In this document: positions 9,514 through 18,960 of the stretch, piece after piece
Position numbering within the stretch: the first letter of the stretch is position 1
How the letters are laid out: every line of letters starts with the position of its first letter
Assembly: GCA_963707025.1 (NCBI GenBank)
Contig: CAVPOM010000006.1
Coordinates: forward strand, 32,001 to 96,000
Length of the DNA: 64,000 nt
Direction: 5' to 3'
Source of the DNA: an uncultured Verrucomicrobiae bacterium
GTDB taxonomy: Bacteria; Verrucomicrobiota; Verrucomicrobiia; Limisphaerales; Palsa-1400
Program-made: the position numbers and the translations under genes
The notes under the pieces: model-generated
What the model was told of the DNA's origin: nothing
The model's input: the letters and a program-made list of their open reading frames with translations, nothing else
Databases searched by the model: none

Positions 9514-10375
9514 TTTGCATTTTGCATTCTGCATTTAAGAGTTCTTTCTTTGCCGCCGCAACTTCCTCCGCGGTCGGCACGCGATAATGCCAGTTGTTGT
9601 CGTCCTCCATGAAAGAGACGCCCCGGCCTTTGACGGTGTGAGCCACGATGGCGATTGGCTTGCCGCTGCCATCGGGGATTTTTTCCATGGCCGCCGCCAG
9701 CGCGGCCAGGTCGTGCCCGTCCACTTCGCTGGCGCTCCAGCCGAAGGCGGCGAATTTGTCGCGCAAGGAGGGCAGGGCCATGATTTGGTTGCTGCGGCCG
9801 GTGGCCTGCCACTTGTTGTAGTCAACAATAAGGGCGACGTTTTCCAGCTTCTGATTGGGTGCGAACAGGGCGGCTTCCCACACAGAGCCTTCGTTGCATT
9901 CGCCGTCGCTCATGACCACCAGGACGCGGTAGTCCTGCTTTTGAATGCGGCCGGCCAGCGCCATGCCCAATCCCACCGGCAAGCCGTGGCCCAGGGAGCC
10001 GGTGGCCAGTTCCACTCCGGGCGCGCAGCCCAGCGCCGGCTGCTCGGCCAGCGGGCTGTGATGTTGGGCGAAGCTGTCCAGCCAGGCGGCGGGAAAGAAG
10101 TTCCGCGCGGCCAAGGTCGCATAAAGGGCGCTGGCCGCATGGCCCTTGCTCAGAATAAAGCGGTCGCGCAGCGGGTCGCGCGGGTTGGCGGGGTCTATCC
10201 TCAAGATTTTCCAGTAGGCCGCCACCAGAATGTCCACGCACGACAGCGCCGACCCCAAATGGGGCGTGCCGGCGGCGTGCGACATTTCGATCAATTTGAA
10301 GCGCAATTGGCGGGCGATCCGCTCCAAATCCGCCCCGCCGGCCGGGGCCGGGCTGGTTGCCGGAGCGGGGTTCAT
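9494..10375 (-). CDS. Transketolase N-terminal (ThDP-binding) subunit
   Basis: HLGSALS, RDRFILSKGH, TGSLGHGL, SDGECNEGSVWEA, VDGHD, TVKGRGVSFME, WHY. Confidence 0.93.
   Translation of the reverse strand: MNPAPATSPAPAGGADLERIARQLRFKLIEMSHAAGTPHLGSALSCVDILVAAYWKILRIDPANPRDPLRDRFILSKGHAASALYATLAARNFFPAAWLDSFAQHHSPLAEQPALGCAPGVELATGSLGHGLPVGLGMALAGRIQKQDYRVLVVMSDGECNEGSVWEAALFAPNQKLENVALIVDYNKWQATGRSNQIMALPSLRDKFAAFGWSASEVDGHDLAALAAAMEKIPDGSGKPIAIVAHTVKGRGVSFMEDDNNWHYRVPTAEEVAAAKKELLNAECKMQNGKQAT
9511..9536 (-). repeat. Inverted (TGCATTT)n heptamer array
   Basis: CATTTTGCATTTTGCATTCTGCATTT, reverse complement of the 9113-9145 array. Confidence 0.9.
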
Positions 10376-11409
10376 TTGTGCGGGAAGTGAATCATGCAGT
10401 GGATCACTTCCCCCGAGCGCATTTTGGCGATGCCCTCGTTGATGTCGCGCAACGGGATGCGATGGGAAACAAAGCCGGTGACATCGTAAGCACCATCGCG
10501 CAGCAGGCGCAAATAACGGGGGATGTCCTCCGCCAGGCTGGCGCCGCCGTGCGAACCGGTCAGGACCCTGCCGAAATGGAGCGGGAGGGTGTTGATGGAA
10601 AGTTTATTCTCAAAATGCATCACGCCAAAAATGACGCAGCGTCCCGCCCGCCCCGTCAGGGAAAAGGCCTTTGCCAGCACCTGTGGATTGCCGGTGCCGT
10701 CCACCACCACATCGGGGGCGTGGCCTTCCAGGAGGCGCAAGGCTTCCAGGGCGAAATCGGTTTTGGAGGAATTGATGAGGTGGGTGGCGCCGTAAGCGGC
10801 GGCCTTCTGTAATTTATGGTCGTGGAGATCCACCGCGATAATGGGGTTGGCCCCGGCCAGGCGCGCGCCCAGCACGACGCCCAGGCCGATGCCGCCGCAA
10901 CCGATAATGACCAGCGACTCGCCGATTTTGACCTTGGCATCATTGGAAATGACGCCGAAACCGGTGGTGAGCGTGTCGGCCAGGAGCGAGCAAACTTCGA
11001 AATCTGTGCCCGGGGGAACGGCGGTGAGGCGGTTTTCCGAAATGATGGCGTAGTCGTTAAAAGTGGTGATCCAGCCCGCGCTGGCTTTTTTGCCGTTCCA
11101 GCCATAGACCGGCGGGCGGGCTTCGATGCCTTTGCCCGGACGCCAATGGAGGACGACCCGGTCGCCGGGTTTGACCTGGCGTACTTCGGGACCCACCTCC
11201 ATGACCAGGCCGCCGCCCTCGTGGCCGAGCAGATGGGGCAGAAAAGGATCCGGGCCTTTGACGCCGTCAATTTCTCCCAGTTGCGATCCGCAAATGCGGC
11301 TGACGTGGACTTGGACGAGGACCTGCCCGTAGCTGAGGGGCGGAATCTCCACCTCATCCAGCACGAGGGGATGTTTTTGTTCAACCAGGATGGCGGCGGC
11401 AGTTTTCAC
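10372..11409 (-). CDS. Zinc-binding alcohol dehydrogenase family protein
   Basis: ICGSQ, LLGHEG zinc motif, GCGGIG Rossmann motif. Confidence 0.88.
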   Translation of the reverse strand: MKTAAAILVEQKHPLVLDEVEIPPLSYGQVLVQVHVSRICGSQLGEIDGVKGPDPFLPHLLGHEGGGLVMEVGPEVRQVKPGDRVVLHWRPGKGIEARPPVYGWNGKKASAGWITTFNDYAIISENRLTAVPPGTDFEVCSLLADTLTTGFGVISNDAKVKIGESLVIIGCGGIGLGVVLGARLAGANPIIAVDLHDHKLQKAAAYGATHLINSSKTDFALEALRLLEGHAPDVVVDGTGNPQVLAKAFSLTGRAGRCVIFGVMHFENKLSINTLPLHFGRVLTGSHGGASLAEDIPRYLRLLRDGAYDVTGFVSHRIPLRDINEGIAKMRSGEVIHCMIHFPHK

Positions 11410-11445
11410 AATGGCAATTGACCGGTCCAGCTAAGCACAAGACGC

Positions 11446-12979
11446 TTAAAAATTCAAGAGCGACGAACCGCTGTTGAGCAGGGTGTGCTTGGAGATGGGG
11501 CGCTGGTTGCCGACAATCTTGACCGCCTGGGCGCCGGCCAGTTGGCCCAAAAATGTGCCCAAGGCAATGGGAAGCTGCCGGGCGGCGGCCAGGGCGGCCA
11601 GGGAGAAAAAGGCGTCGCCCGCGCCAATCGTGTCCACCACTTCGGTCTCCAGCGGGGGACACAGGCTTTGCGCCTGGTCCCGCAAACCAATGGTCTGCAC
11701 CGAGCCGCGCGTCAGCCAGGCGTAGCGCGATTTTAAATGCTCGCGCAGTTTCTTTAATTCCGCCAGGTGATCCAGATGGCGGTGCCCGCAGGAGAGCATC
11801 ATTTCCTGTTCGTCCAGGGTGAAGGCGTCGGCCCGGCGATATTGGCGGCTGATGATGTTGAAGCCGTGATTGTTGCTGTTGGTCTGGCAGTTGAGGGCCA
11901 GGAGCGGGGCGGCTTCCTGCACCAGCGCGCGCAGGGGCGGCTGCATCAGGCCGTGGCCGAAATCCAGCAGCAGCACCACGTCGGTCCCGGCGATTTCCTC
12001 GCGCAGCCGGGCCGCCAGGCGGGCCTGCGCCTCCGGGCCGGGGGCGCCGGCATCAATATAATTGACGGAGAAAAGTTTGCTCAATTCCTTGCCTTCCATC
12101 AGCGGCTCGACGTAGCGCTGCTTGATGATGGTGGTGAAGGCCGGGTCGCGGATGGATTTGTCCTCCTCCGGCGCGACCTGCGCGCGCAGGAACGGGTCCA
12201 CCCAGGGTTCGGTTCCGAGCAGGCTGAGGAAGCGCACCTGGCTGGTGAATTGCCGGAACGTGGCGGAAGACGGCCAGGGCGCCGCCGCACTGGGTTTCCT
12301 CGTGGAGAAACCGCCCGGAAATGATGCGGTTTTTGGAGGTCAGTCCCTGCACTTTGAGGAAGGAATAGCGGTCAAAAATGGTGTCGCCCATCACCAGCAC
12401 CTTCAAGCCGGCAAAGCTTTCCACCGCCTCGCGGAAATCTTTCATGGAGAATTCCCGCGCCAGGGCGTGGCAAAAGTCCTTCACCCCCTCCGGCAAATGC
12501 TCGAAATTGTGATTGAGCAATTTGGTGGCGCTGAAAATAACCGAGCCGGCGTAGCGGACCGCGGCCCCGACTTTCCCGGCCGTGGCGAGGTCTTTCTGGA
12601 GAAACTCATTCTTCTGGACGTTCGCCTCGTAATCCTTGCCCAGACAGTAAACATCGGGGCGGACGGCTTCGAGGACGGGGGAGGCGCTGGCAAAGGAGGT
12701 CACCACCACGTAATCCACACAGGACAGGGCGGCCAGGGTGCGGGCGCGCAGTTGTTCTTTGCAGAAGGGGCGGCCCGGGCCTTTGTTGACAAATTTGTCG
12801 GCCGTGAGGGAGACGACGAGCAGGTCGCCCAGGGCGCGGGCCTCTTCCAGATGGACGATGTAGCCCGGATGCAGCAGATCAAAGATGCCGTGGCAAAGGA
12901 CAATGCGCCGGCCCTGCTGCCGCAGGCCGGCAAAGAGGGCGGCGGCGGATTCAAAAGGGATTATTTTGGCGGCGGACAT
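11446..12979 (-). CDS. Bifunctional cytidylyltransferase + PfkB sugar kinase (HldE/RfaE-like), apparent frameshift near 12257
   Basis: N-terminal HGIFDLLHPG, DLLVVSLTADKFVNKGPGRP; C-terminal LLDFGHG, VDTIGAGDAF; two ORFs join by removing one base near 12257. Confidence 0.85.
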
Positions 12980-13127
12980 TTCAGATTTTCAGTTCAAGAG
13001 CCGGTTGCAAATCCCGGCATATTCCGGTCATGTTTTAGCCCGGCATGATTTCACAGGGCGGCGGCGGTTGGCAACCTTTTTTGCCCTGCGAATTTGGCTC
13101 CCGGCACATCCTGACACTGCTGCCGGC

Positions 13128-13229
13128 GGAGTGCGGCCGTCCCCGGCCGCAGCAAGCCAGGGTTTGTTTGCGTGCTCAGGAATATCACCGCCGCGCCGTG
13201 TTTCCCACTCTGCTGCGCCCGGGGACGGG
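13128..13229. repeat. Inverted REP-like pair; right copy is the IS4 target
   Basis: GGAGTGCGGCCGTCCCCGGCCGCAGCA at 13128-13154; inverted copy TGCTGCGCCCGGGGACGGG|CGCACTCC split between 13211-13229 and 15146-15153. Confidence 0.8.
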
Positions 13230-13238
13230 GAATGGCGC

Positions 13239-13586
13239 TTAAATAAGACCTAAAACTTTCTTACCCAGCCTCTTACGACGCGGGGGATGCGGGATGGTTT
13301 CAAACAAGACCTGACGGCTCAAGCGTTGCATGGCTTTGATGGTGGCTTGCACCTCCCGCCACTCGGCAATGGCGTCATGGAGCCACTCATATTGTTCTTT
13401 GGAGAGAGCGACACTGACCGTTTTGCCTTTGACCTTGCGGGTCCACTGATAACAAGGGCCGCCTGCTCCGGGGCCGCGGTCTTGCACGTAGCCCTCGCTG
13501 ATCCAGCCGGTTCTGGCCAGCCGGTCGCGTAATTGGGCGTATTGGGCCTGCCATTGGGCTGGCCGGGTTGTTTTGTGAGTCGGCAT
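13239..13586 (-). CDS. Small basic IS-associated protein (DUF6788-like)
   Basis: G..GPCYQWTRKVKGKTVSVALS.EQ...AI pattern; lies entirely within the IS with its stop in the left TIR. Confidence 0.75.
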   Translation of the reverse strand: MPTHKTTRPAQWQAQYAQLRDRLARTGWISEGYVQDRGPGAGGPCYQWTRKVKGKTVSVALSKEQYEWLHDAIAEWREVQATIKAMQRLSRQVLFETIPHPPRRKRLGKKVLGLI

Positions 13587-13611
13587 AAAGAAAAGAGTAG
13601 CAGACGTGTCA

Positions 13612-13637
13612 ATAAGGCGGTATATATACCGCCTTAT
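13612..13637. promoter_or_regulatory. Perfect 26-bp palindrome between the divergent IS genes, overlapping the transposase start codon
   Basis: ATAAGGCGGTATATATACCGCCTTAT is its own reverse complement. Confidence 0.7.
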
Positions 13638-15124
13638 GCCCGACACCCCCTTCTTCCCGGCCTGGCGGCCCCGTCTGGCGGCGGCGGGCCGCCGCTGTGC
13701 CCACAGCCTGGCGCGCCTCCGTCACGCCACCTTGAGTCAGATCGAGGACCGCCTGGCTCCCGCCTTGCCCACCGACCTCCTGCGAAAACCGGCCGCCGGC
13801 GACTACTCCCGCGAGCAGGTTTACACTCTGGTTCGCACCTGGTGGTGCTGGGTCTGGCCAGTCTTCCAAGCCAACACTTCCTGCCGCCACGTCGTCCTTC
13901 AGGTGCAGGCCCTGCTGGCCTTGGTCCAAGGCCCGGAACCGGAGCCGGACAGCAGCGCCTATTGCCAGGCCCGCGCCAAACTCCCCCTGGCCTTGCTGGA
14001 GCAAGCCTTCGCGGCCAGCGCCGACAGCGCCGAAAAGCGCGCCCCGGCCAGTACGCTGCTACAGGGCCGCCCGTTGAAAGCGGTCGATGGCAGCGGCACC
14101 CACCTGCCCGACACCCCGGCCAATCGGGCGGCCTTTCCCCCCAGCCAAAGCCTGCAGCCCGGCGGCGGCTTTCCCCACCTGCGCGTGGTGGCTCTGTTCT
14201 CCGCCGCCAGCGGCGCCCTTTTGGCCAAAGCCACCGGCAGCCTGCGCTCCTCCGAACTGGCTCTGTTTCTCCACGGCTTGCGCTCGGCTTTGCACCCCGG
14301 CGACATCCTCTTGGGCGACCGCGCCTATGGGGTTTATATTATCGCCGCCGTCCTCCAACTCCTGGGCGTGGATTTGCTCGCGCGGGTCTCCGTGCGCAAC
14401 CGCAAGGTGGATTTCCGCCAGGCCCGCCAACGCCTGGGTCACTGGGACGCGCTCTTTACCTGGTCCAAACCCGGCCGGCCTTCGCCCCTGCTTTCGTTCC
14501 TGGAATGGCTCGGACTGCCGCCGCAGATCACGGTGCGGGTGCTGCGCGCGCGCCTGAGCCGGGCCAGGCTTCCGCACCCGCCACCTGACCCTGGTCACGA
14601 CCCTGTTGGATGCGGCGCTTTTTCCAGCGGAGGAACTGGCGGCCGCTTATGCCCGGCGCTGGCGCATGGAACTGTGCCTGGACGATCTCAAAACCACCCT
14701 GGGCATGCAGAGCCTGCATTGCCTCTGTCCCCGCATGGTGGAGAAAGAACTCCTGCTCTTCCTCACCGCCCATAATTTCCTGCGCTGGATCATGGCCGAA
14801 GCCGCGCAAAGCCAGAACGTGGACTTGGATCGGATCAGTTTCAAAGGCAGCCTGGACGCCTTCCGGCAATGGACGCAGGCACTGGCACAACTCGGACACG
14901 CCCGGAACAAAGGGGGACGGCGCCGCCAATTATGGCAGCGGCTGCTCCGAAGGCTGGCGACCGATCTGGTGCCCAGGCGTCCGGGAAGAGCGGAGCCGCG
15001 CGCTGTCAAGAAACGATCCAAATACCCCCATTTGAACAAATCGCGGCATCAATACCGCCAGCCCTGGAGCCGCAATAAACGCCGCCGTCTGGCCCGGGCC
15101 AAAAGAAAGGCTTCCCTTATTTAA
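13636..15124 (+). CDS. IS4-family DDE transposase (apparent extra G at 14561-14563)
   Basis: SAYCQARAKL, AVDGS, GFP, LLGDRAYG, LVTTLLD, YARRWRMELCLDDLKT (YREK), RPGRAEPRAVK. Confidence 0.93.
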
Positions 15125-15303
15125 GCGCCATTCCCCGGGGACGGGCGCACTCCTGTCGCATTCTTGCGCCTGACGCCGGTAGCAGCGTCAAGATCCGCCC
15201 TTTGGCTCCCGGGAAAACCCGGAAGAGAAAATGGCTTGCGCCGGAACCAGTCTTATGTTTAGTTGCCCATAGCTTGCAATTGCCGCGACGCCATTTGGGC
15301 TTG

Positions 15304-15603
15304 GTGAAGGCGACTAAAACCGCCGCGGGGGGGATTTGCCTGGCCTTGGTGCTGGGGTTGTCGCTTCTGGCCGCCAACCAGTCTCTCCACCGGCTGTTTC
15401 ACAGGGATGCGGATGACGCCGGCCATGAGTGCGCGGTCACTCTTTTTGCTCACGGCCAGGTTCTGCATTCGTTGCCCGAATTGAAGGCCGCTTTGGTGGT
15501 TGTTGGCGTTGCTTGGCTGATGGCCTTGCCGAAATCTGTTATCCCGCCGGCCAGGGCATGGGTGTTGGCACCCGGACGCGGACCGCCTGTTTGCCTCTCC
15601 TGA
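15304..15603 (+). CDS. DUF2946-like small membrane protein with His/Cys cluster and C-terminal RGPP (start uncertain)
   Basis: TM segment, LHRLFHRDADDAGHECAV..HG, ends APGRGPPVCLS. Confidence 0.65.
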   Translation: MKATKTAAGGICLALVLGLSLLAANQSLHRLFHRDADDAGHECAVTLFAHGQVLHSLPELKAALVVVGVAWLMALPKSVIPPARAWVLAPGRGPPVCLS

Positions 15604-15755
15604 TTTGGCAAAGTCTCCGAAGGATGAATTGTGATTTGACGCAATGGTCGCGTCTGCAATCCGCCCAAGGAGAATTCCTTTTACTGTTTACCGGCCTGTC
15701 TGCGGCCAGTTCCGCCATTGCGAAGCAGACGTCGGCCTTAGAGCCGTGGAAACTG

Positions 15756-16499
15756 ATGGATGCTGTTTTAAAAATTGAAAAGCTGCGCGTCGAATTCCGC
15801 TCCAAGGAGCTGGGGCAGCCGCTCAAGGTCGCGGTGAACGATCTGAGCCTGGCCGTGACCGCCGGGCAAGTCTTCGGGTTTCTCGGCCCGAACGGCGCGG
15901 GCAAGACGACGACCATGAATGTGCTGCTCGGTTTCGTGAACGCGACCAGCGGAGACGCCTGGCTTTTTGGAACCAACGTGCGCGAACCGATCGCCCGGCA
16001 GCGCATCGGCTACCTGCCGGAGCTGACCTACTATTACAAGTTTCTCAATGTCGAAGAGCTCCTTCGCTTATACGCCCGTATTTTTAATATCCCGAAAATC
16101 GAGACGGACCGGCGCGTTGACGCGGTTCTGAAACTGGTGGAACTGGATCATGCGCGAAAACGCCTGATCAAGACCTACTCCAAGGGAATGCAACAACGCG
16201 CCGGCCTGGCCCAGGCCCTGATTAACAACCCTGAGTTGTTGATCCTGGACGAGCCGACGAGCGGCCTGGACCCGGTTGGACGAATGAAGGTCAGGGAAAT
16301 CATTCAACGTCTCAAAAACGAGGGCAAAACGGTTTTCTTCTCTTCCCACGAATTGGGCGAGGTGGAGACGGTGTGCGACCGGGTGGCGATCCTGCATGAG
16401 GGGGAACTAAAGGAAGAGGGCAGCGTCAAGGGACTCGCGGAAAAGTATCAGTGCAATCTTGAGCAGGCATTTTTGCGCGTGATTGGCTACCAGGCCTGA
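15756..16499 (+). CDS. ABC transporter ATP-binding protein
   Basis: Walker A GPNGAGKTT, signature YSKGMQQR, Walker B LILDEPTSGLD, SSH. Confidence 0.93.
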   Translation: MDAVLKIEKLRVEFRSKELGQPLKVAVNDLSLAVTAGQVFGFLGPNGAGKTTTMNVLLGFVNATSGDAWLFGTNVREPIARQRIGYLPELTYYYKFLNVEELLRLYARIFNIPKIETDRRVDAVLKLVELDHARKRLIKTYSKGMQQRAGLAQALINNPELLILDEPTSGLDPVGRMKVREIIQRLKNEGKTVFFSSHELGEVETVCDRVAILHEGELKEEGSVKGLAEKYQCNLEQAFLRVIGYQA

Positions 16500-16505
16500 T
16501 TCTTT

Positions 16506-17282
16506 ATGAAAAACATTTGGGCGTTATCGTCTGTCGTTCTGAAAGAAAGCGTGCGTCGCAAGGACTTTTACGTCTTGTTCGTGGTCACGGCCATCATCAC
16601 TTTGGTAATGGGTTCTGTCACCCTGTTCCACGACAGCCAGATTGTGCGTTACCTCAAGGAAATTTGTCTGCTGTTGATTTGGATTTCCTCACTGGTGATC
16701 GCCATTACCATGGCTGCGCGGCAGATTCCCGCGGAACGGGAGAGCCGCACGATTTATCCGCTGCTGGCCAAACCGATTACGCGCACGGAAGTGCTTCTGG
16801 GCAAGTTTCTCGGCTGCTGGCTGGCGATGGCCGTGGCGTTGGTTGCCTTCTATATTTTCTTTGGATTGGTGGCGATGACCAAGGAGCATCATTGGCCGCT
16901 GGCGAACTATTTTCAGGCGGTGTGGCTGCATTGGGTCATGCTGGGCGTGGTCGTCGCCATCAGCCTCTTGGGATCGCTGCTCTTCAGCGCGGTTTCCGCC
17001 AACGTCACCATTTCCTTGGTGGCGGTGACATTCATCTTGTTGATCGGCCGCCATCTGGACCATATCGCCGTGCAATTCGGCGAACCGGCGCGCAGCGGGT
17101 TGATGGCGCTGTTCTTTGTCATTCCCCATTTGGAGTTTTTCGATGTGCGTGATCTGGTCATACATAATTGGCCCTCCATCCACTGGCTGGTCTGCCTGAA
17201 GGCGACGGCTTACGGCGCTGGTTATGGAGCGTTTTTTCTGCTGGCGGCGTGCTGGTCATTCCGCCGCCGCGCTTTGAACTGA
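16506..17282 (+). CDS. ABC-2-type permease
   Basis: ERESRTIYPLLAKPITRTEVLLGKFLG motif; about six TM segments. Confidence 0.85.
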   Translation: MKNIWALSSVVLKESVRRKDFYVLFVVTAIITLVMGSVTLFHDSQIVRYLKEICLLLIWISSLVIAITMAARQIPAERESRTIYPLLAKPITRTEVLLGKFLGCWLAMAVALVAFYIFFGLVAMTKEHHWPLANYFQAVWLHWVMLGVVVAISLLGSLLFSAVSANVTISLVAVTFILLIGRHLDHIAVQFGEPARSGLMALFFVIPHLEFFDVRDLVIHNWPSIHWLVCLKATAYGAGYGAFFLLAACWSFRRRALN

Positions 17283-17294
17283 ACGAAAGGCCAG

Positions 17295-18203
17295 ATGATG
17301 ACCACGCCACCTCCCCAAGCCAGCGCCAAGCGCCCAACCAGGAACTTTTCCGCGCTGCTTTGCTTGTCTCTGCTGCTGGTTTGTGGCTTTTGCCTGGCCA
17401 CGGATTTGAGCCTGTGGTTTCGCGATTGGCCGGGCAACCGGACCCAATCCGCCAATCCCATGACGGTGGCGATGGGTGACGCCTGCCACCTCTTTGCCAA
17501 TCACTTCTTTGTGAAAGCCGACGTGTATTTCCACAGTGGGATGTATCCCACCATTTACGACAACCTCGAATCGTTTAAGACGCCCCACATCGCGGAGGAT
17601 TCCGGGGCCATGAAAAGCAAAAACACCGGCGACGAAACCGCTTTTCTCGGCCCGCCGCGCAACTGGATTGATGCCTTCGGCCGGCAGTTTTACCCGTCGG
17701 TTCACACCCATCTGAGCGATGGCGGCGCCAACGGCCAGGAGGGCGAAGGAACGGTGGGTGAAGTCCTGCCGTGGCTGAAGCTTTCCACGGAGTTGGACCC
17801 AAAACGGGTGGAGGTCTATACGGTCACGGCCTATTGGCTGCGCCGCCTGGACAAGATAGACGAGAGCGAACAAGAGTTGCGGGAAGGATTGAAGGAGAAT
17901 TCGGGCGATCCGCAATTGCTCTTTGACTTGGGCCGGCTGTTTTTTGAGGCCCGCCATAATCCCATCAGCGCGCGCAACGTCTGGGAAGCGGGGCTGCGCA
18001 ATCTGGAGGGCCTGCCGGACAAGGACAGCGACAAGAACAAGTTTGTCGCCGAAGAGATACTCGCCGCCTTGGCGAACTTGGAAGAGACCGAGCATCATCC
18101 CAGCCAGGCCATCCGCTTGCTGGAACGCCTGAAGGAGGTCTCGGCGACCCCGCAAACCGTCCAAGGATGGATAGACCGGCTGAAAGGCCAGAAAGATCCA
18201 TGA
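17295..18203 (+). CDS. Membrane-anchored TPR-like hypothetical protein
   Basis: N-terminal TM, ADVYFHSG, helical repeat-like C-terminus (ELDPK..AYWL..LREGL..NSG..LLFDLG). Confidence 0.7.
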   Translation: MMTTPPPQASAKRPTRNFSALLCLSLLLVCGFCLATDLSLWFRDWPGNRTQSANPMTVAMGDACHLFANHFFVKADVYFHSGMYPTIYDNLESFKTPHIAEDSGAMKSKNTGDETAFLGPPRNWIDAFGRQFYPSVHTHLSDGGANGQEGEGTVGEVLPWLKLSTELDPKRVEVYTVTAYWLRRLDKIDESEQELREGLKENSGDPQLLFDLGRLFFEARHNPISARNVWEAGLRNLEGLPDKDSDKNKFVAEEILAALANLEETEHHPSQAIRLLERLKEVSATPQTVQGWIDRLKGQKDP

Positions 18204-18273
18204 GCGCCACCGCCGCCATTATGATCCGCGCGAACAAGATTGAGGAAAACGCGATAAGCCACCTGAAATCACC

Positions 18274-18960
18274 ATGCCATTACTTGAAATATCCCAACTA
18301 AAAAAGACCTTCGTCGCGCCTGACGGCTCGGAACACACGGTCGTAGATATCAAGAGCTACGGCCTGGCGGAAAAGGCGCAGGTCGCGCTGGCCGGCGAGA
18401 GCGGCTCCGGCAAGACCACGCTCCTGCATTTGATCGCGGGCATCCTCAAGCCGGATGCCGGCTCGCTGGTCTTGGCCGGCACGGAAATGTCCTCGCTGAG
18501 CGAAGCGCAACGCGACCGCCTGCGCGCCACCACCATCGGCTACATTTTTCAAACGTTCAATTTGTTGCAAGGTTACACCTGCCTGGAAAATGTCCTCCTC
18601 GGAATGTCTTTTGGGCCGGGAGCGGACCGCGTTTTCGCACGGGAATTGTTGGAGCGCGTCGGACTGGGAAATCGTCTGAAACATTACCCGCGGCAATTGT
18701 CCTCCGGACAGCAGCAGCGGGTGGCGGTGGCCCGCGCGCTGGCGAACCGGCCAAAATTGGTGCTGGCGGACGAACCGACCGGAAACCTGGACCACAAGAA
18801 CGCGACGGAAGCGCTCTCGTTGATCCGCACGGCGTGCCAGGAAAATGGCGCGGCCTTGCTTTTGGTCAGTCACGACCGCGAGGTGCTGAGCCAATTCGAG
18901 ATGGTGCAGGCCTTGGAGCAAATCAATCAGCCATCTTCCACGGAGGCACAATCTATATGA
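18274..18960 (+). CDS. ABC ATP-binding protein, LolD/MacB type
   Basis: GESGSGKTT, IGYIFQTFNL, LSSGQQQRVAVARAL, LADEPTGNLD, VSHD. Confidence 0.93.
   Translation: MPLLEISQLKKTFVAPDGSEHTVVDIKSYGLAEKAQVALAGESGSGKTTLLHLIAGILKPDAGSLVLAGTEMSSLSEAQRDRLRATTIGYIFQTFNLLQGYTCLENVLLGMSFGPGADRVFARELLERVGLGNRLKHYPRQLSSGQQQRVAVARALANRPKLVLADEPTGNLDHKNATEALSLIRTACQENGAALLLVSHDREVLSQFEMVQALEQINQPSSTEAQSI

Larger units (their letters stand above)
13230..15133 (+). mobile_element. IS4-family element, 1904 bp, carrying a divergent passenger ORF
   Basis: Perfect 18-bp TIR GAATGGCGCTTAAATAAG / CTTATTTAAGCGCCATTC; 12-bp target duplication CCCGGGGACGGG at 13218-13229 and 15134-15145. Confidence 0.93.

Noticed and set aside
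14555..14570. Programmed ribosomal frameshift in the IS4 transposase
   Set aside because: No slippery heptamer; a single extra G fits the window-wide indel pattern.
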